This document shows positions 41,068-51,510 of a stretch of 64,000 bases of DNA, one piece after another (position 1 is the stretch's first letter; every line of letters starts with the position of its first letter). The stretch lies in NCBI GenBank assembly GCA_965249645.1, contig CBDFML010000009.1, forward strand, positions 20,993 through 84,992, written 5' to 3'. The position numbers were made by a program, and so were the translations under genes. The DNA comes from Alphaproteobacteria bacterium (GTDB lineage Bacteria > Pseudomonadota > Alphaproteobacteria > UBA828 > JAPUJA01). The notes under the pieces are model-generated. The model saw nothing but the letters and a program-made list of their open reading frames with translations, had not been told where the DNA came from and searched no databases.

Positions 41068-41837
41068 CCGCGATAGCGCGTGACCCGGAACGCGATGTAG
41101 CTGGCGCAGATGGTAAACGTCATCAGCAGGAATCCCACAATATTGATCTGCGGGTTCGCGCCCTTGCGCAGCATGCCCCAGAGGAAAGTCGGCAGCGTGT
41201 TGCCGCCGCCGACGGTGAAGAAGGTGATGATGAAGTCGTCGAGCGAGAGCGCCATGGCGATCATCGCCGCGCCGATGATCGTCGGGCGGATCAGCGGCAG
41301 GGTCACGGAGTTGAAAGCCCGCAGCGGCGAGGCCCCGAGGTCGCGGGCGCTGTTCACGATGGCGTAGTCGAAGCGCGCCATCCGGGCATGCACGACGAGG
41401 ATGACGAAGGGTTGGGTGAATACCAAGTGACCCAGGATCACCGTCTGCAGGCCGAGGCGCATGTCGAGGCTTGAGAAGAAAGAGAGCAGGGTGAGTGCCA
41501 GGACGAGCGGTGGAAGCATGACCGGAAGCGTGAGTATCGCCATCGAGATACCCGCGACTTGGGGCCGCATGCGCGCAAACGAAAATGCCGCCATGGTGCC
41601 GCAGAGCGTCGTTACCCCGCCGACGGTTCCGGTTACGATGGCACTGTTGCGCAGCGACTTCCAGAATTCGGATCGCGAAAACAGCGTCTCCCACCAGTCC
41701 AGCGTCAGTCCCTCGATCGGGAAGCTGATCACGCCCTTGTCGGAAAAACAGAACATGATGAGGATCACCAGCGGCGAGATCATGAAAACGCAGCAGGCCG
41801 CAGCGAAGACGCGCCAGACGACGTTGCTTATCGTCAT
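41064..41837 (-). CDS. ABC permease, PotC-like
   Basis: ARDLGASP..F..VTLP, SLDDFIITFF. Confidence 0.9.
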   Translation of the reverse strand: MTISNVVWRVFAAACCVFMISPLVILIMFCFSDKGVISFPIEGLTLDWWETLFSRSEFWKSLRNSAIVTGTVGGVTTLCGTMAAFSFARMRPQVAGISMAILTLPVMLPPLVLALTLLSFFSSLDMRLGLQTVILGHLVFTQPFVILVVHARMARFDYAIVNSARDLGASPLRAFNSVTLPLIRPTIIGAAMIAMALSLDDFIITFFTVGGGNTLPTFLWGMLRKGANPQINIVGFLLMTFTICASYIAFRVTRYRG

Positions 41838-42682
41838 CCCCGTGCCTTCAAGGTTTGACGCATCCCGAGGGCGACCATGCTGATCACGATCATGCAGATC
41901 GCGATGATCGTAAACGCCATGGCCGCGCCCAGCGGCGCGTTGTACCGCATGCCGAATTGGAGCTGGATCATAATCCCCATCATCGAAGTGTAGGGACCGC
42001 CGACCAGCAACGGCGTGACGTAATCGCCTGCGGCAAACAAAAAGGAGAGTGTGAAGGAAAACAGAATGCCGATCTGGCACTGGGGCAGCACGATCTCCTT
42101 GAACACCCGCCACGGTCCCGCGCCCAGGTCGCGCGCGCCGCGCAGGGGCACGTCCTCGACGCTGCGCAGCGCACCATATATGGGCAGGATCGCGAGCGGC
42201 AGGGTGTAATGGCCCAGCGTTATCACCACCGCGAGCGGGTTGTAGAGAAAGGCGGTGATCGGTTCATCGATCAGTCCGATCGCCTGCAAGGCCGTGTTCA
42301 GCACGCCGCCCTGGCCGAGGATCGTCTTCCAGACGTAGATCTTGGTGAGATAGCCGCCGAACAGGGTGAGCAGGGTGACGAACAGCAGCGGCGTGCCCCA
42401 CCGACCCGCCCTGAAGCGGATGAAATAGGCGAAGCCGAAGGCCACCGTCGTGACGACGAGGCCGATCACCGAGGCCACCGCAAAGGTGTACCAGAGGGAC
42501 GGGAAATAGTCGGTCCAGACCTCGACATAATTGTGAATCGTGGGGTCGGTGCTGAGCTGATAGGCCTGGATCTGCCAGAAGCTCATCACGAAGAAATAGG
42601 CGACGGGGGCCGCGAAGCAGAACAGGAAGATCGTCGTCGACGGCAGCACGAAGGGCAGACGCCCCCTCAGCCAGTCGATCAT
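41834..42682 (-). CDS. ABC permease, PotB-like
   Basis: LPLAILPIY, ARDLGA, GDYVTP.LVGG. Confidence 0.9.
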   Translation of the reverse strand: MIDWLRGRLPFVLPSTTIFLFCFAAPVAYFFVMSFWQIQAYQLSTDPTIHNYVEVWTDYFPSLWYTFAVASVIGLVVTTVAFGFAYFIRFRAGRWGTPLLFVTLLTLFGGYLTKIYVWKTILGQGGVLNTALQAIGLIDEPITAFLYNPLAVVITLGHYTLPLAILPIYGALRSVEDVPLRGARDLGAGPWRVFKEIVLPQCQIGILFSFTLSFLFAAGDYVTPLLVGGPYTSMMGIMIQLQFGMRYNAPLGAAMAFTIIAICMIVISMVALGMRQTLKARG

Positions 42683-43746
42683 GTGTCGGGCAGGATTTTG
42701 TGTTCCGTGTGCGTCCAGCTCAATTGCACGGCGTCGCCGACGGCGACGCGCCCGCGCAGGTCCGTGTCCGCGCTGTGAACGGCAAAGATCTCGTCGTCGA
42801 TGGCGACGGTGTATCTTATGTAGGTGCCGAGAAACACCGCATCGTCGAGCCGGCCGGCAAGGCGTAACGCGTCATCGGGCAGCGTCGCGTCGGCAGGCAC
42901 GAGAATTGCCGCCTCGGGGCGCAGCATGATCACCACGTCCTCGTCGGCGCCGGCATCCTCGAAGCCACCGCCCAGTGCCAACGTGATGCGCCCGCCCGAG
43001 CGCCGGCCACGCAGAATATTGGCCTCGCCGATGAAGGTCGAGACGAAGCGTGATTGCGGCGCGGCGTAGATGTCCTCCGCGGTGCCCTGCTGGACGATGC
43101 GGCCCGCGGACATTACGGCGATCTGGTTGGCCAAGCCCATGGCCTCGCTCTGGTCGTGGGTGACGAACACGAAGGTGCCGCCGATGGAATTGTGGATGCG
43201 CCGAAGCTCGGTTTGCATGGCTTTACGCAGCTTGAGGTCCAGCGCGGCAAGCGGTTCGTCAAGCAACAGCACGTCGGGACGCATAATCAGCGCGCGGGCG
43301 AGCGCGACGCGCTGTGCCTGGCCGCCCGAGAGCTGGCCGACGCCACGTTGCTCCAGCTCCTCCAAATGGACGAGATCGATGATCTCGCGCACCCGCTCCT
43401 TGATCTCCTCCTTGGGGGCTTTTTTGATATTCAGGCCGTAGGCGATGTTCTGGCGCACGGTCATGTGTGGAAACAGGCCGTAGCCCTGAAACACCATGTT
43501 GGTCGGGCGGCGGTCGGGCGGCAGGCGGGTGATGTCCTGCCCGTTGATTTCGACCGTGCCGCTGTCGGGGTAGAGAAAGCCCGCGATCATGTTGAGCAGG
43601 GTCGTCTTGCCGCAGCCCGACGGGCCGAGGATCGCGAGGAAATCACCGCGCCGAATTGTGAGGTCGAGCGGGTGCACCGCGACCAAATCGCCGAACGACT
43701 TGGAAACGCCGCTCAGGCGGACGATGATTTCGTCAGTGGAGGCCAT
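42679..43746 (-). CDS. ABC ATP-binding protein, PotA-like
   Basis: GPSGCGKT, LSGGQ, LLLDEP, VTHDQ. Confidence 0.93.
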   Translation of the reverse strand: MASTDEIIVRLSGVSKSFGDLVAVHPLDLTIRRGDFLAILGPSGCGKTTLLNMIAGFLYPDSGTVEINGQDITRLPPDRRPTNMVFQGYGLFPHMTVRQNIAYGLNIKKAPKEEIKERVREIIDLVHLEELEQRGVGQLSGGQAQRVALARALIMRPDVLLLDEPLAALDLKLRKAMQTELRRIHNSIGGTFVFVTHDQSEAMGLANQIAVMSAGRIVQQGTAEDIYAAPQSRFVSTFIGEANILRGRRSGGRITLALGGGFEDAGADEDVVIMLRPEAAILVPADATLPDDALRLAGRLDDAVFLGTYIRYTVAIDDEIFAVHSADTDLRGRVAVGDAVQLSWTHTEHKILPDT

Positions 43747-43834
43747 GGATCATATCCTGGATTTGCAGCGGGAGGGACCGGCGGACGACCGGATCAAGCG
43801 GCTGTCCGCGCGGGCTCCACGGTTGGATCGCAGC

Positions 43835-44989
43835 TTACGCCGCGAGGAAACGCTCCCAGGCCTTGGTAACTTGATCGAAGGTCACATGCTCGCCATCGGG
43901 CGAGGTCGGCCAGAGCTCGCTGATGCCGCCGGCGGAGTCGAACCAGCCCTCAATGTCGTCGTACGGATACATGCTCTTGGGCAGGTCGTCCAGCATCGGC
44001 ACGGCGCCGCTGACCACCGCGCCCGTCGTATTGAGATTCGCGATTTCGGCCTGTGTCTCCGTCGCAAGCGAGTGATTGAGCAATTTGTAGCATTCGTCCA
44101 GATGGGGTGCCTGAGGCACGACCGAGAGGTTGTCGCAAAACAGCAGACTGCCTTCCTTGGGGATCACCCATTTCAGGTTGGTGTTCTCGGCGCCGCCCCA
44201 CACACTGGTCGGCTCCCAGGCAGGGGCCATGACGATCTCGCCGTTCGCAAACATCGTGCCGAGTTCGCCGTAGCCCGGCGCGACGGCCAGCGCGTGGTTC
44301 TTCTTGATATCGATGATCAGGTCGATCGTCGCGTCGAGCTCGGCCTCGGTGATCAGCCATGGCGTGCGCGTGCCCGCCGCGACGCTGGCGAAGGGGAACA
44401 TGATCGCGATCATGTCGTGCACGAGCGCGACCTTGCCCTTGTATTCCGGCTTCATCATGTCGAGCCATGAGGTCGGCGGCTCGGAGATCACGTCGGCGTT
44501 GTACATCAGCGGCACGGAGCCCCAGGCGAAGGGAGTGCCGAAGACTTCGCCGCCGATTTCGAGTGTCGGCATGTTCTGGAAAACCGGGAACAGGTTCGCG
44601 TAGTTCGGGATCCGGCTCATGTCGAGGGGCTCGAGCAGGCCCACATGGTTGTAGAACGGCACGTAGAGTGCTGCGGGCGTGACGATGTCCATGTTGCCCT
44701 TGCCGCCCGACTGGATGGCCGCGATGATTTCCTCGTTGCCCGCGGTGATGTAGGTCGTCTGCAGGCTGATGTCGTTGTTGTCGAACCAGCCACCTGCCTT
44801 AAGGCCGTCGTCATAGCCCTGCCAGCCCGTGTAATAGAGATCGGTGCCCGCCAGAGCCTTGCCTGCCGGAAGTCCTGCCAGGCCTGCGCCTGCCACGGCT
44901 GCGGCGGCGCCGGCGCCGAACTGGCGGCGGGTCATATGACCGAATGTGCGCGAGCGCACGAGGCCCGGATTGGTCGTGGTTTTGGTCAT
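43835..44989 (-). CDS. ABC substrate-binding protein, PotD/F-like (Tat signal)
   Basis: TRRQF Tat motif, PFAWG, PEYKGK, PKEG. Confidence 0.9.
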   Translation of the reverse strand: MTKTTTNPGLVRSRTFGHMTRRQFGAGAAAAVAGAGLAGLPAGKALAGTDLYYTGWQGYDDGLKAGGWFDNNDISLQTTYITAGNEEIIAAIQSGGKGNMDIVTPAALYVPFYNHVGLLEPLDMSRIPNYANLFPVFQNMPTLEIGGEVFGTPFAWGSVPLMYNADVISEPPTSWLDMMKPEYKGKVALVHDMIAIMFPFASVAAGTRTPWLITEAELDATIDLIIDIKKNHALAVAPGYGELGTMFANGEIVMAPAWEPTSVWGGAENTNLKWVIPKEGSLLFCDNLSVVPQAPHLDECYKLLNHSLATETQAEIANLNTTGAVVSGAVPMLDDLPKSMYPYDDIEGWFDSAGGISELWPTSPDGEHVTFDQVTKAWERFLAA

Positions 44990-45203
44990 TGAACTCTCTC
45001 CCTTATGGGCCCCGAATTTTGGAGGGCCGTGTCCCTGATGCGCTCCCGCCCGGTTATGTGGGTCATGGAGCCGTTGTTCTTACTACTATGGGGCCAGTCT
45101 AACCCCAATTCCATCGCTTGCGAAAGACCGCGCTGCACTATCGAAACACGGCGCGGCTGGGCTAGAGTACCCGATCGGGCGGCGAAGCAGGGAAGGACAG
45201 GCG

Positions 45204-46160
45204 ATGGCGGACGACGACGGCACGGACAGCGGCGAATTGCCCTACCGCCCCCGCTTCATGGAAATTCCCAGCTTCATGCGCTATCCCATCGTCAAAGGTG
45301 CGGGCGAGGTCGACATTGCGCTGATCGGCGTGCCCTTCGATCTCGGCACCACCAACCGACCGGGCGCGCGCCATGGGCCCCGCCAAGTGCGCGATATGTC
45401 GAGCCTGATCCGGCGCACCCACCATGTCAGCCTGATTACGCCCGACGAGCATTGCCGGATCGGCGACCTGGGCGACGTGCCCATCAATCCGCTCGACGCC
45501 GCCGCGAGCCTCGCGATCATCGAAGAGTTTTATGCCGACGTGCACGCAGCGGGTGCCGCGCCGCTTTCAGTCGGCGGCGATCACCTGGTAGCGCTTCCCA
45601 TCCTGCGCGGCATCGCGAAGGGTGCGCCCGCGGGCATGGTCCATTTCGACGCCCATTGCGATACCTCGGGCGCCTTCATGGGCGTCGAGCAGCATCACGG
45701 CACTCCGTTTCGTCTCGCCGTTGAGGAAGGTCTGCTCGATCCGAAGCGGGTCATCCAGATTGGCATTCGCGGCTCGCTCACGGACAAGGACATCTGGACA
45801 TTCTCCCACGAGAGCGGCATGCGGGTGGTCTACATTGAGGAATATTTTGAGCGTGGCGTCGACTGGGTGATCGACGAGATCCGCCGTGTCGTCGGCGACG
45901 GTCCCACCTATGTCAGCTTCGATGTCGACGGCCTCGACCCGGTCTACGCGCCTGGCACGGGTACGCCCGAGGCGGGAGGTTTTTCCATGTACGAGGCGCA
46001 GAAGATGATCCGCAGCCTGCAAGGCCTCCACCTGGTGGGCGGCGACGTGGTCGAGGTGTCACCACCCTTCGACCCCAGCGGCAACACGGCGCTCAACGCC
46101 GCGACCGTGATGTTCGAGATCCTCTGCGTGCTGGCCGATTCCCTGGCCACGCGGCGCTAA
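45204..46160 (+). CDS. Ureohydrolase (agmatinase/guanidinopropionase-like)
   Basis: GGDH, HFDAHCD, HGTPF, SFDVDGLDP. Confidence 0.92.
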   Translation: MADDDGTDSGELPYRPRFMEIPSFMRYPIVKGAGEVDIALIGVPFDLGTTNRPGARHGPRQVRDMSSLIRRTHHVSLITPDEHCRIGDLGDVPINPLDAAASLAIIEEFYADVHAAGAAPLSVGGDHLVALPILRGIAKGAPAGMVHFDAHCDTSGAFMGVEQHHGTPFRLAVEEGLLDPKRVIQIGIRGSLTDKDIWTFSHESGMRVVYIEEYFERGVDWVIDEIRRVVGDGPTYVSFDVDGLDPVYAPGTGTPEAGGFSMYEAQKMIRSLQGLHLVGGDVVEVSPPFDPSGNTALNAATVMFEILCVLADSLATRR

Positions 46161-46169
46161 ACCAGCGCC

Positions 46170-46973
46170 TTAGCTCTCCCGGCGCGGACCCACCAGGGTG
46201 ACGCCACCGTCGACCACGAGGGTCTGGCCGGTGATGAAGCGGGCCTGATCCGACGCCAGGAAGACCACCGCGTTGCCGACATCCCAGCCGGTGCCCTCGA
46301 TCGCCAGCGGCGCCGCTTTGCGCCGGCGTTCGCGCGCTTCCTCGCTCATTCCCTGGCCGTAAATCAGCGGCGTGTACATGGGCCCCGGCGCGACGCAGTT
46401 GACCCGGATGCCCTCGGCCGCGTGATCGACCGCCATGGCGCGGGTGAGCGTGATGACCGCGCCCTTCGAGGTCGAATAGGCGGTCAGGCCCCGGGGGCGC
46501 AGCGCCGAAATCGACGAAACGTTGACGATCGCACCGCCCCCGCCACTCTCAATCATGGCGGGAATCGCATGCTTGGACGCCAACATCATCGAAGTCACGT
46601 TGATCCGCATCACCCGTTCCCACTCGGCCTCGGTCTCGTCGACCACCGAGCCGCCACTCGTGATGACGCCGACGTTGTTGTCGAGGATGTCGAGCCGGCT
46701 GAAGTGCTCGATCGCCGCCGCGACCATCGCGGCACAATTGGAGGCGCGGGTGACGTCCGCCGCGAACGCCACGGCCCGCCCGCCGCCGTCTTCGATCATC
46801 GTTGCCGTACGCTCCGCCGCCGCCTCGTCGCGGTCGACCACGAGAACCTTCGCGCCCGCACGGGCGAACAGGATGGCCGCCGCCCGGCCGTTGCCGATGC
46901 CGTCGTCCAGCGCGCCGCCACCGGTGACGATGGCAACCTTGTCGCCAAGCCCGGAATCGTCGGGACTGTCCAT
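46170..46973 (-). CDS. Short-chain dehydrogenase/reductase
   Basis: VTGGG..GNG, NNVG, YSTSK. Confidence 0.92.
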   Translation of the reverse strand: MDSPDDSGLGDKVAIVTGGGALDDGIGNGRAAAILFARAGAKVLVVDRDEAAAERTATMIEDGGGRAVAFAADVTRASNCAAMVAAAIEHFSRLDILDNNVGVITSGGSVVDETEAEWERVMRINVTSMMLASKHAIPAMIESGGGGAIVNVSSISALRPRGLTAYSTSKGAVITLTRAMAVDHAAEGIRVNCVAPGPMYTPLIYGQGMSEEARERRRKAAPLAIEGTGWDVGNAVVFLASDQARFITGQTLVVDGGVTLVGPRRES

Positions 46974-46999
46974 CACACGCCGTTCTCCCCGTACTCCGC

Positions 47000-47737
47000 T
47001 CAGCCCCAGCACGGGCGCGCGACGATGCGCGCCGGTGCGCCGTCCGAGCCCGCGATGTTGATCGCCAGAACCATGACGTCGACCCGCTGGCTGCGCAAGG
47101 CGGCAAGGTTGGTGACATGCTCGGCGACCAAGGTGCCGCTGCCCAGCAGCACGTGGTGGACCGGCCAGTCGAAACCTGCCGCGCGGTGCTTGGCGGCGAG
47201 ATCGGGGGTGGGGAAATCAACTCCGACCAGCTTCGCGCCGTGCTCGACCAGCCAGCGCGCGGCCTCTGGGCTGAGCGAGGGGTGGTCCTCGTAGAGTGGG
47301 GTGTTCGCATGCTGCGCCCAGCCCGTGTCGAGCAGCACGATATCGCCGGGCTCCATCGCGGGCATTGCGGCCTTGAAATGGTGCGGCTCGATGACACCCA
47401 GAGGTTCCAGCTCGATCGGCCAGACGACGCCCGGACCGTAGAGCCGGTCGAGCGGGATGGCGTCAATTGCCGGCCCGTCGGCAATAAAATGACACGGCGC
47501 GTCGATATGGGTGCCGTGATGGCAGACCATGTGGATCTCGGTGAGATTCAGTGGATCGTCGGGCATGGTCATGAGCCGGTGGATGCGCGGCTGGGGAAAG
47601 AACGGCACACGCGAGAACTCTTCCGTGATCGGGTGGGACAGGTCGACCCACGGGGCGCTCGAGCCCGACAGGTGTGGCGCGGGCAGATCGGGCCATCCCG
47701 ACCATCCCGTTCGCTTGTGATCGACCGGATCGCACAT
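47000..47737 (-). CDS. Cyclase family (kynurenine formamidase-like) metal hydrolase
   Basis: HHGTHIDAPCHF, VGVD, HHVLL..E, DGAPARIVA. Confidence 0.9.
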   Translation of the reverse strand: MCDPVDHKRTGWSGWPDLPAPHLSGSSAPWVDLSHPITEEFSRVPFFPQPRIHRLMTMPDDPLNLTEIHMVCHHGTHIDAPCHFIADGPAIDAIPLDRLYGPGVVWPIELEPLGVIEPHHFKAAMPAMEPGDIVLLDTGWAQHANTPLYEDHPSLSPEAARWLVEHGAKLVGVDFPTPDLAAKHRAAGFDWPVHHVLLGSGTLVAEHVTNLAALRSQRVDVMVLAINIAGSDGAPARIVARPCWG

Positions 47738-47767
47738 CGGCGCGCCGCCCCCGAACCGCCCCCGCCC

Positions 47768-48157
47768 TTAGGCCGTGCCCTCGATGTCGGCAAACATCCG
47801 GTCGGCGATGCGGAAGGAATCGATCGCCGCGGGCCAGCCGCAATAGGCGGCGCACTGCAGAAGGATTTCTTTGGTTTCCTCCTTGGTCACGCCGTTGTTG
47901 ATGGCGCCACGCATGTGGATTTCGAACTCGTGGGAACGGTTGAGCGCGGTCAGCATGGCAAGATTGAGCATGCTTCGGGTCTTGAGGTCGAGGCCGGGCC
48001 GGGTCCAGACGGCGCCCCATGCCCCCTCCGTGACCGCGACCTGCTGCTCTTCCGTCAGCGGGTTGCCCTTGGCGCGCTCCAGCGCTCGATCGACATACTC
48101 GTCGCCCAATACCTGGCGGCGGATTTTGAGGCCTTTTTCGTAACGCTCCGAAGCCAT
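47768..48157 (-). CDS. Carboxymuconolactone decarboxylase family protein
   Basis: WGAVWTRPGLDLKTRS..H.RGA..NG..YCGWPA. Confidence 0.9.
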   Translation of the reverse strand: MASERYEKGLKIRRQVLGDEYVDRALERAKGNPLTEEQQVAVTEGAWGAVWTRPGLDLKTRSMLNLAMLTALNRSHEFEIHMRGAINNGVTKEETKEILLQCAAYCGWPAAIDSFRIADRMFADIEGTA

Positions 48158-48327
48158 GAGTGCTCTCCCGTCGGTGACGCGGTGGACCGGTAATTCCAGA
48201 TTGCCATCATACAGGATCGCCCGTACGTCGGGAGCCTGTTCGAAGGCGATTTCCGGGGCTAAGCTAGGCCAAGAACCGACGCGAGCATCAAGCGCATCGA
48301 TCGTCGGAGTTGAGGGAGATTATCGTC

Positions 48328-48612
48328 ATGGCCATGAAACGCTTCATCATCGAGCGCACCATACCCGAAGTCGGCAGCCTTGATCGCGAACAGCTCCGTG
48401 CGGCGGCCGCCAAGTCCAACGAAGCGCTGGCTCAGCTGGCGCCCGATATCCAGTGGATTGAATCGTTCGTCGCCGGCGACAAGACATTCTGCGTCTATCT
48501 CGCCACCGACGAGTCTCTGATCCACAAGCACGCCGAAATCAGCGGTTTTCCGGCAACCACGGTGACCGAGATTCGCAAGATGATCGATCCGACGACCGCC
48601 CGGCCCGATTAG
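48328..48612 (+). CDS. DUF4242 domain protein
   Basis: F.IER.IP..W..SFV..DKTFCVY.A..HA..SGFPA. Confidence 0.85.
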   Translation: MAMKRFIIERTIPEVGSLDREQLRAAAAKSNEALAQLAPDIQWIESFVAGDKTFCVYLATDESLIHKHAEISGFPATTVTEIRKMIDPTTARPD

Positions 48613-48649
48613 GCTGCATCACAGATAAGCGAACAAGGGAGAGCGCGCG

Positions 48650-49870
48650 ATGGAACCGATCTGGCGTTGGCCGATTTCCCATGTCCAGCACCCGTCCGCC
48701 ACGGCGGGCAAGCTCACGGCGGTCGGGGGTGCGGGCGATTTCGACGCCGCCGGCGCGATCGGCAACCCTGGCGATCTGACCGCCCAGATCGAAGGCGCCC
48801 TTGGAAACGTCGCCGCGGCGCTGGCCGCCGAAGGCTGCAGATTGACTGATGTGGTGCGCTTCAAGGCGTTCTATACGGGCGAGTGCGACGACTGGGAGGT
48901 CATCGCCGCGCTGGCCCGCGCTGTGCCCGAGGATCCCATGCCCGCGATCAGCACCGTGCCGACTCCGTTCCAGCCGTTTGAGGGCCAGCTCATTCAGCTC
49001 CAGGCCATCGCCCAGAAGGGCTGGCGCGGATTCGACGGTGTGCGCGCAGCGCCCCGTCCGGTGCCGGAAGCGAAACGGGATCTGTTCGGTGGGCGCACCG
49101 TGACCGGCGGCTTGCGCGCCGGGGAATTCTGGGCTGTTTCCAACCGCACCGCGGCGGACGAAAACGACGTTATCGCGGCACCCGGCGACGCCGTGGCCCA
49201 GAGCCATGTGGTGCAGCAGACCCACGAGGAGACCCTGGCCCAACTCGGCTGTTCGCTCCAGGATTCCGTAAAGATGGAGGGCTATTACTTCGGTGAGACC
49301 ACCGGAGAATGGGCCGAGATCGCCAAGGCCCGCTGCGCGCGAATTCGCGAGCCCGGTCCCTGCGGCACGGTCGTGCCCTGCCATCAGCTGCATCCCGAGG
49401 GCGCCGCGACCAAGATCGAGCACCTTGGCTTTCGCGAGAGCTGGAACGGCTTCGACAAGTACATCCCGCGTGCCGACAGTTGGCCCAAGCGGGTCTGGGA
49501 CTGGCCGATTCCGCTGCCCTACCGCCAGGGCCAAAAGCTGCGCGACACCATCTGGACCGGCGGCCAGGTGCCGTGGGAGTCGGATTCGAACTCCGGAGGG
49601 TGGATGTATCCGGGCGACCTGCACGCCCAGACCCGCTTCGTGCTTTCCTACGTGGCCGACATCCTGCGCGGATTTGACCGCGGTTTCGCTGATCTCAAAC
49701 TGCTCACCTGCTACTTCACATCGAGCGGCACGGTCGCGGAAAGCCACGCCTTTCTCGACACCGTCGCGGGCATGCTCGGTGGTGCGCTGCCGCCGATCAC
49801 CCTGGTGCCCCAGCCCTACATGCACGATCCGGGTACCACGGTGGAAATTTGGGGCATCGCCCAGGCCTGA
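48650..49870 (+). CDS. Protein with three tandem RidA/YjgF-like domains
   Basis: Three units: PGDLTAQ..L.DVV, PGDAVAQ..LQDSVK and GGQV..PGDLHAQ..ADLK..VEI.GIA. Confidence 0.75.
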   Translation: MEPIWRWPISHVQHPSATAGKLTAVGGAGDFDAAGAIGNPGDLTAQIEGALGNVAAALAAEGCRLTDVVRFKAFYTGECDDWEVIAALARAVPEDPMPAISTVPTPFQPFEGQLIQLQAIAQKGWRGFDGVRAAPRPVPEAKRDLFGGRTVTGGLRAGEFWAVSNRTAADENDVIAAPGDAVAQSHVVQQTHEETLAQLGCSLQDSVKMEGYYFGETTGEWAEIAKARCARIREPGPCGTVVPCHQLHPEGAATKIEHLGFRESWNGFDKYIPRADSWPKRVWDWPIPLPYRQGQKLRDTIWTGGQVPWESDSNSGGWMYPGDLHAQTRFVLSYVADILRGFDRGFADLKLLTCYFTSSGTVAESHAFLDTVAGMLGGALPPITLVPQPYMHDPGTTVEIWGIAQA

Positions 49871-49894
49871 TCCGGCAACCCACGGAGCCCGACC

Positions 49895-50207
49895 ATGACC
49901 GATCCCCATCCCCGTTTTTCCCGCGAGGAATATGGCGCGCGCATCGCCAAGATCCGAGTCGCGATGGACGGGGCAGGGATCGATCTCTTGATCGCGAGCG
50001 ATCCCTCGAACATGGCATGGCTGACCGGCTATGACGGCTGGTCGTTCACCGTCCATCAATGCGTGCTTCTGGGCAGCGGCGGCGATCTGGTCTGGTGGGG
50101 GCGGGGGATGGACGGCCAGGGCGCGAAGCGGACGGTCTTCATGGCCGACGACCGGATCGAGGGCTACCCCGACCATTACGTGCGATCGACCGAGCGCCAC
50201 CCGATGG
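49895..50207 (+). pseudogene. doeA: 5' fragment of a second ectoine hydrolase (doeA) copy
   Basis: Close match to 51984..~52296 up to STERHPM, then unrelated sequence. Confidence 0.85.
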
Positions 50208-50215
50208 CGGGCCGC

Positions 50216-51361
50216 TCAGCTCTCGCCGACGGCGCCGATTACGAGTTTGTGAAACTGCTCGACGCAGCTTTCCCAGTGGGGTGACATGACGCCGCCGTCT
50301 TCGGTGACGGGGGACGCCCGGCCTCTTTGGGCCCGTTCGACGATCGCCCGGTCCTCGTTCATCACCCGGGCAATCAGATCGTGCCAGCTCCGAACCAGGA
50401 CGGGATCGTCGGCCACGTGGCCGTAGCGGTAGATGTCGACCTGTTGGCGGCTTCGGTCGGGTGCCTCGGGAACCACGAGCACGGTCGCGGCCACGTCGTC
50501 ATAAGTATGGAGGGCGAAATTGGGGAACAGGTTGAGGTAATAGGCGTTGGTCTCCAGATGATCGGACTCGCCATGCGATGCCGCGGCGTCCTCCGGCGAG
50601 GCCGAGCCTGCGAGCGCCACACCGGAGCCGGTGCACATCCCGTCGACAACCAAAAAATGATCCGCCAGGGGCTGGCCCGCAGTGGTCTCGGGGTGAACGA
50701 CGGGGACATGATAGGGCTCCATGTAGTTCTCGATGATCAGCTTCCAGTTGCCGTCCACGCGCCCCACATCGACCCGGGAAACAAAGACGAGGCTTTCCAG
50801 ATCGTAGGCGCCCAGATGCTTGGTCATGGTCGCGATCCAGGCGTCGAACGGTGTCGCGGAGCTGTCGACGTTGACGAAGATCCAGTCGAGCCAGCGCTCG
50901 CAGTGCACAGGCACGAGCCCGTTGGCCTCCCGCTTGAAGCCCGGCGCGTCATGCCGGTTGTGGCCGCCGAAATGAGGGCTCGCGCGCAACGAGCCATCGA
51001 GACGGTAGTCCCAGGCGTGGTAGGGGCAGGTGAGGCTCTTCTGCGCTTGCGCTGGGGCGTCGTAGAGTTGGATTCCGCGATGGCGGCAGACATTGTGAAA
51101 CGCGTTGATCCCTCCGCTCGTATCGCGCACCAGGAGGATGGGCAGGCCGGCCACCGTAACCGGATAGACGTCTCCCGGCTCCGGGATATCGTGGGCAAAG
51201 CCGATGAAGGTCCAGCCACGCGCGAACAGGCGCTCGTTCCCCAGCCTGTAGAAATCGTCGCTGACATAGGCCGCGCGCGGCAGGCCGTGGGAAACCCCGG
51301 CCTGCGGCCACAGGCCCTCGAGCGTGGCCCGGTCGATGATGTCGTCGAGCGTCGCCGTCAT
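50216..51361 (-). CDS. Rieske oxygenase alpha subunit (choline monooxygenase-like)
   Basis: CRHRG..CPYH, ENYMEPYHVPVVH, NED. Confidence 0.9.
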   Translation of the reverse strand: MTATLDDIIDRATLEGLWPQAGVSHGLPRAAYVSDDFYRLGNERLFARGWTFIGFAHDIPEPGDVYPVTVAGLPILLVRDTSGGINAFHNVCRHRGIQLYDAPAQAQKSLTCPYHAWDYRLDGSLRASPHFGGHNRHDAPGFKREANGLVPVHCERWLDWIFVNVDSSATPFDAWIATMTKHLGAYDLESLVFVSRVDVGRVDGNWKLIIENYMEPYHVPVVHPETTAGQPLADHFLVVDGMCTGSGVALAGSASPEDAAASHGESDHLETNAYYLNLFPNFALHTYDDVAATVLVVPEAPDRSRQQVDIYRYGHVADDPVLVRSWHDLIARVMNEDRAIVERAQRGRASPVTEDGGVMSPHWESCVEQFHKLVIGAVGES

Positions 51362-51510
51362 GGCTCACTTCCCGTCGGTGTCGAACGCCAGGGGCGCATC
51401 GCGCCGCGCGGAAACATTGCTGACCCTGATCCAATCCTACTAAGATCGGTGATGAAAATCGATACTCGTTCGACAGGACGGGAATCGAAGCTACAGGGAG
51501 GATGATTGCC

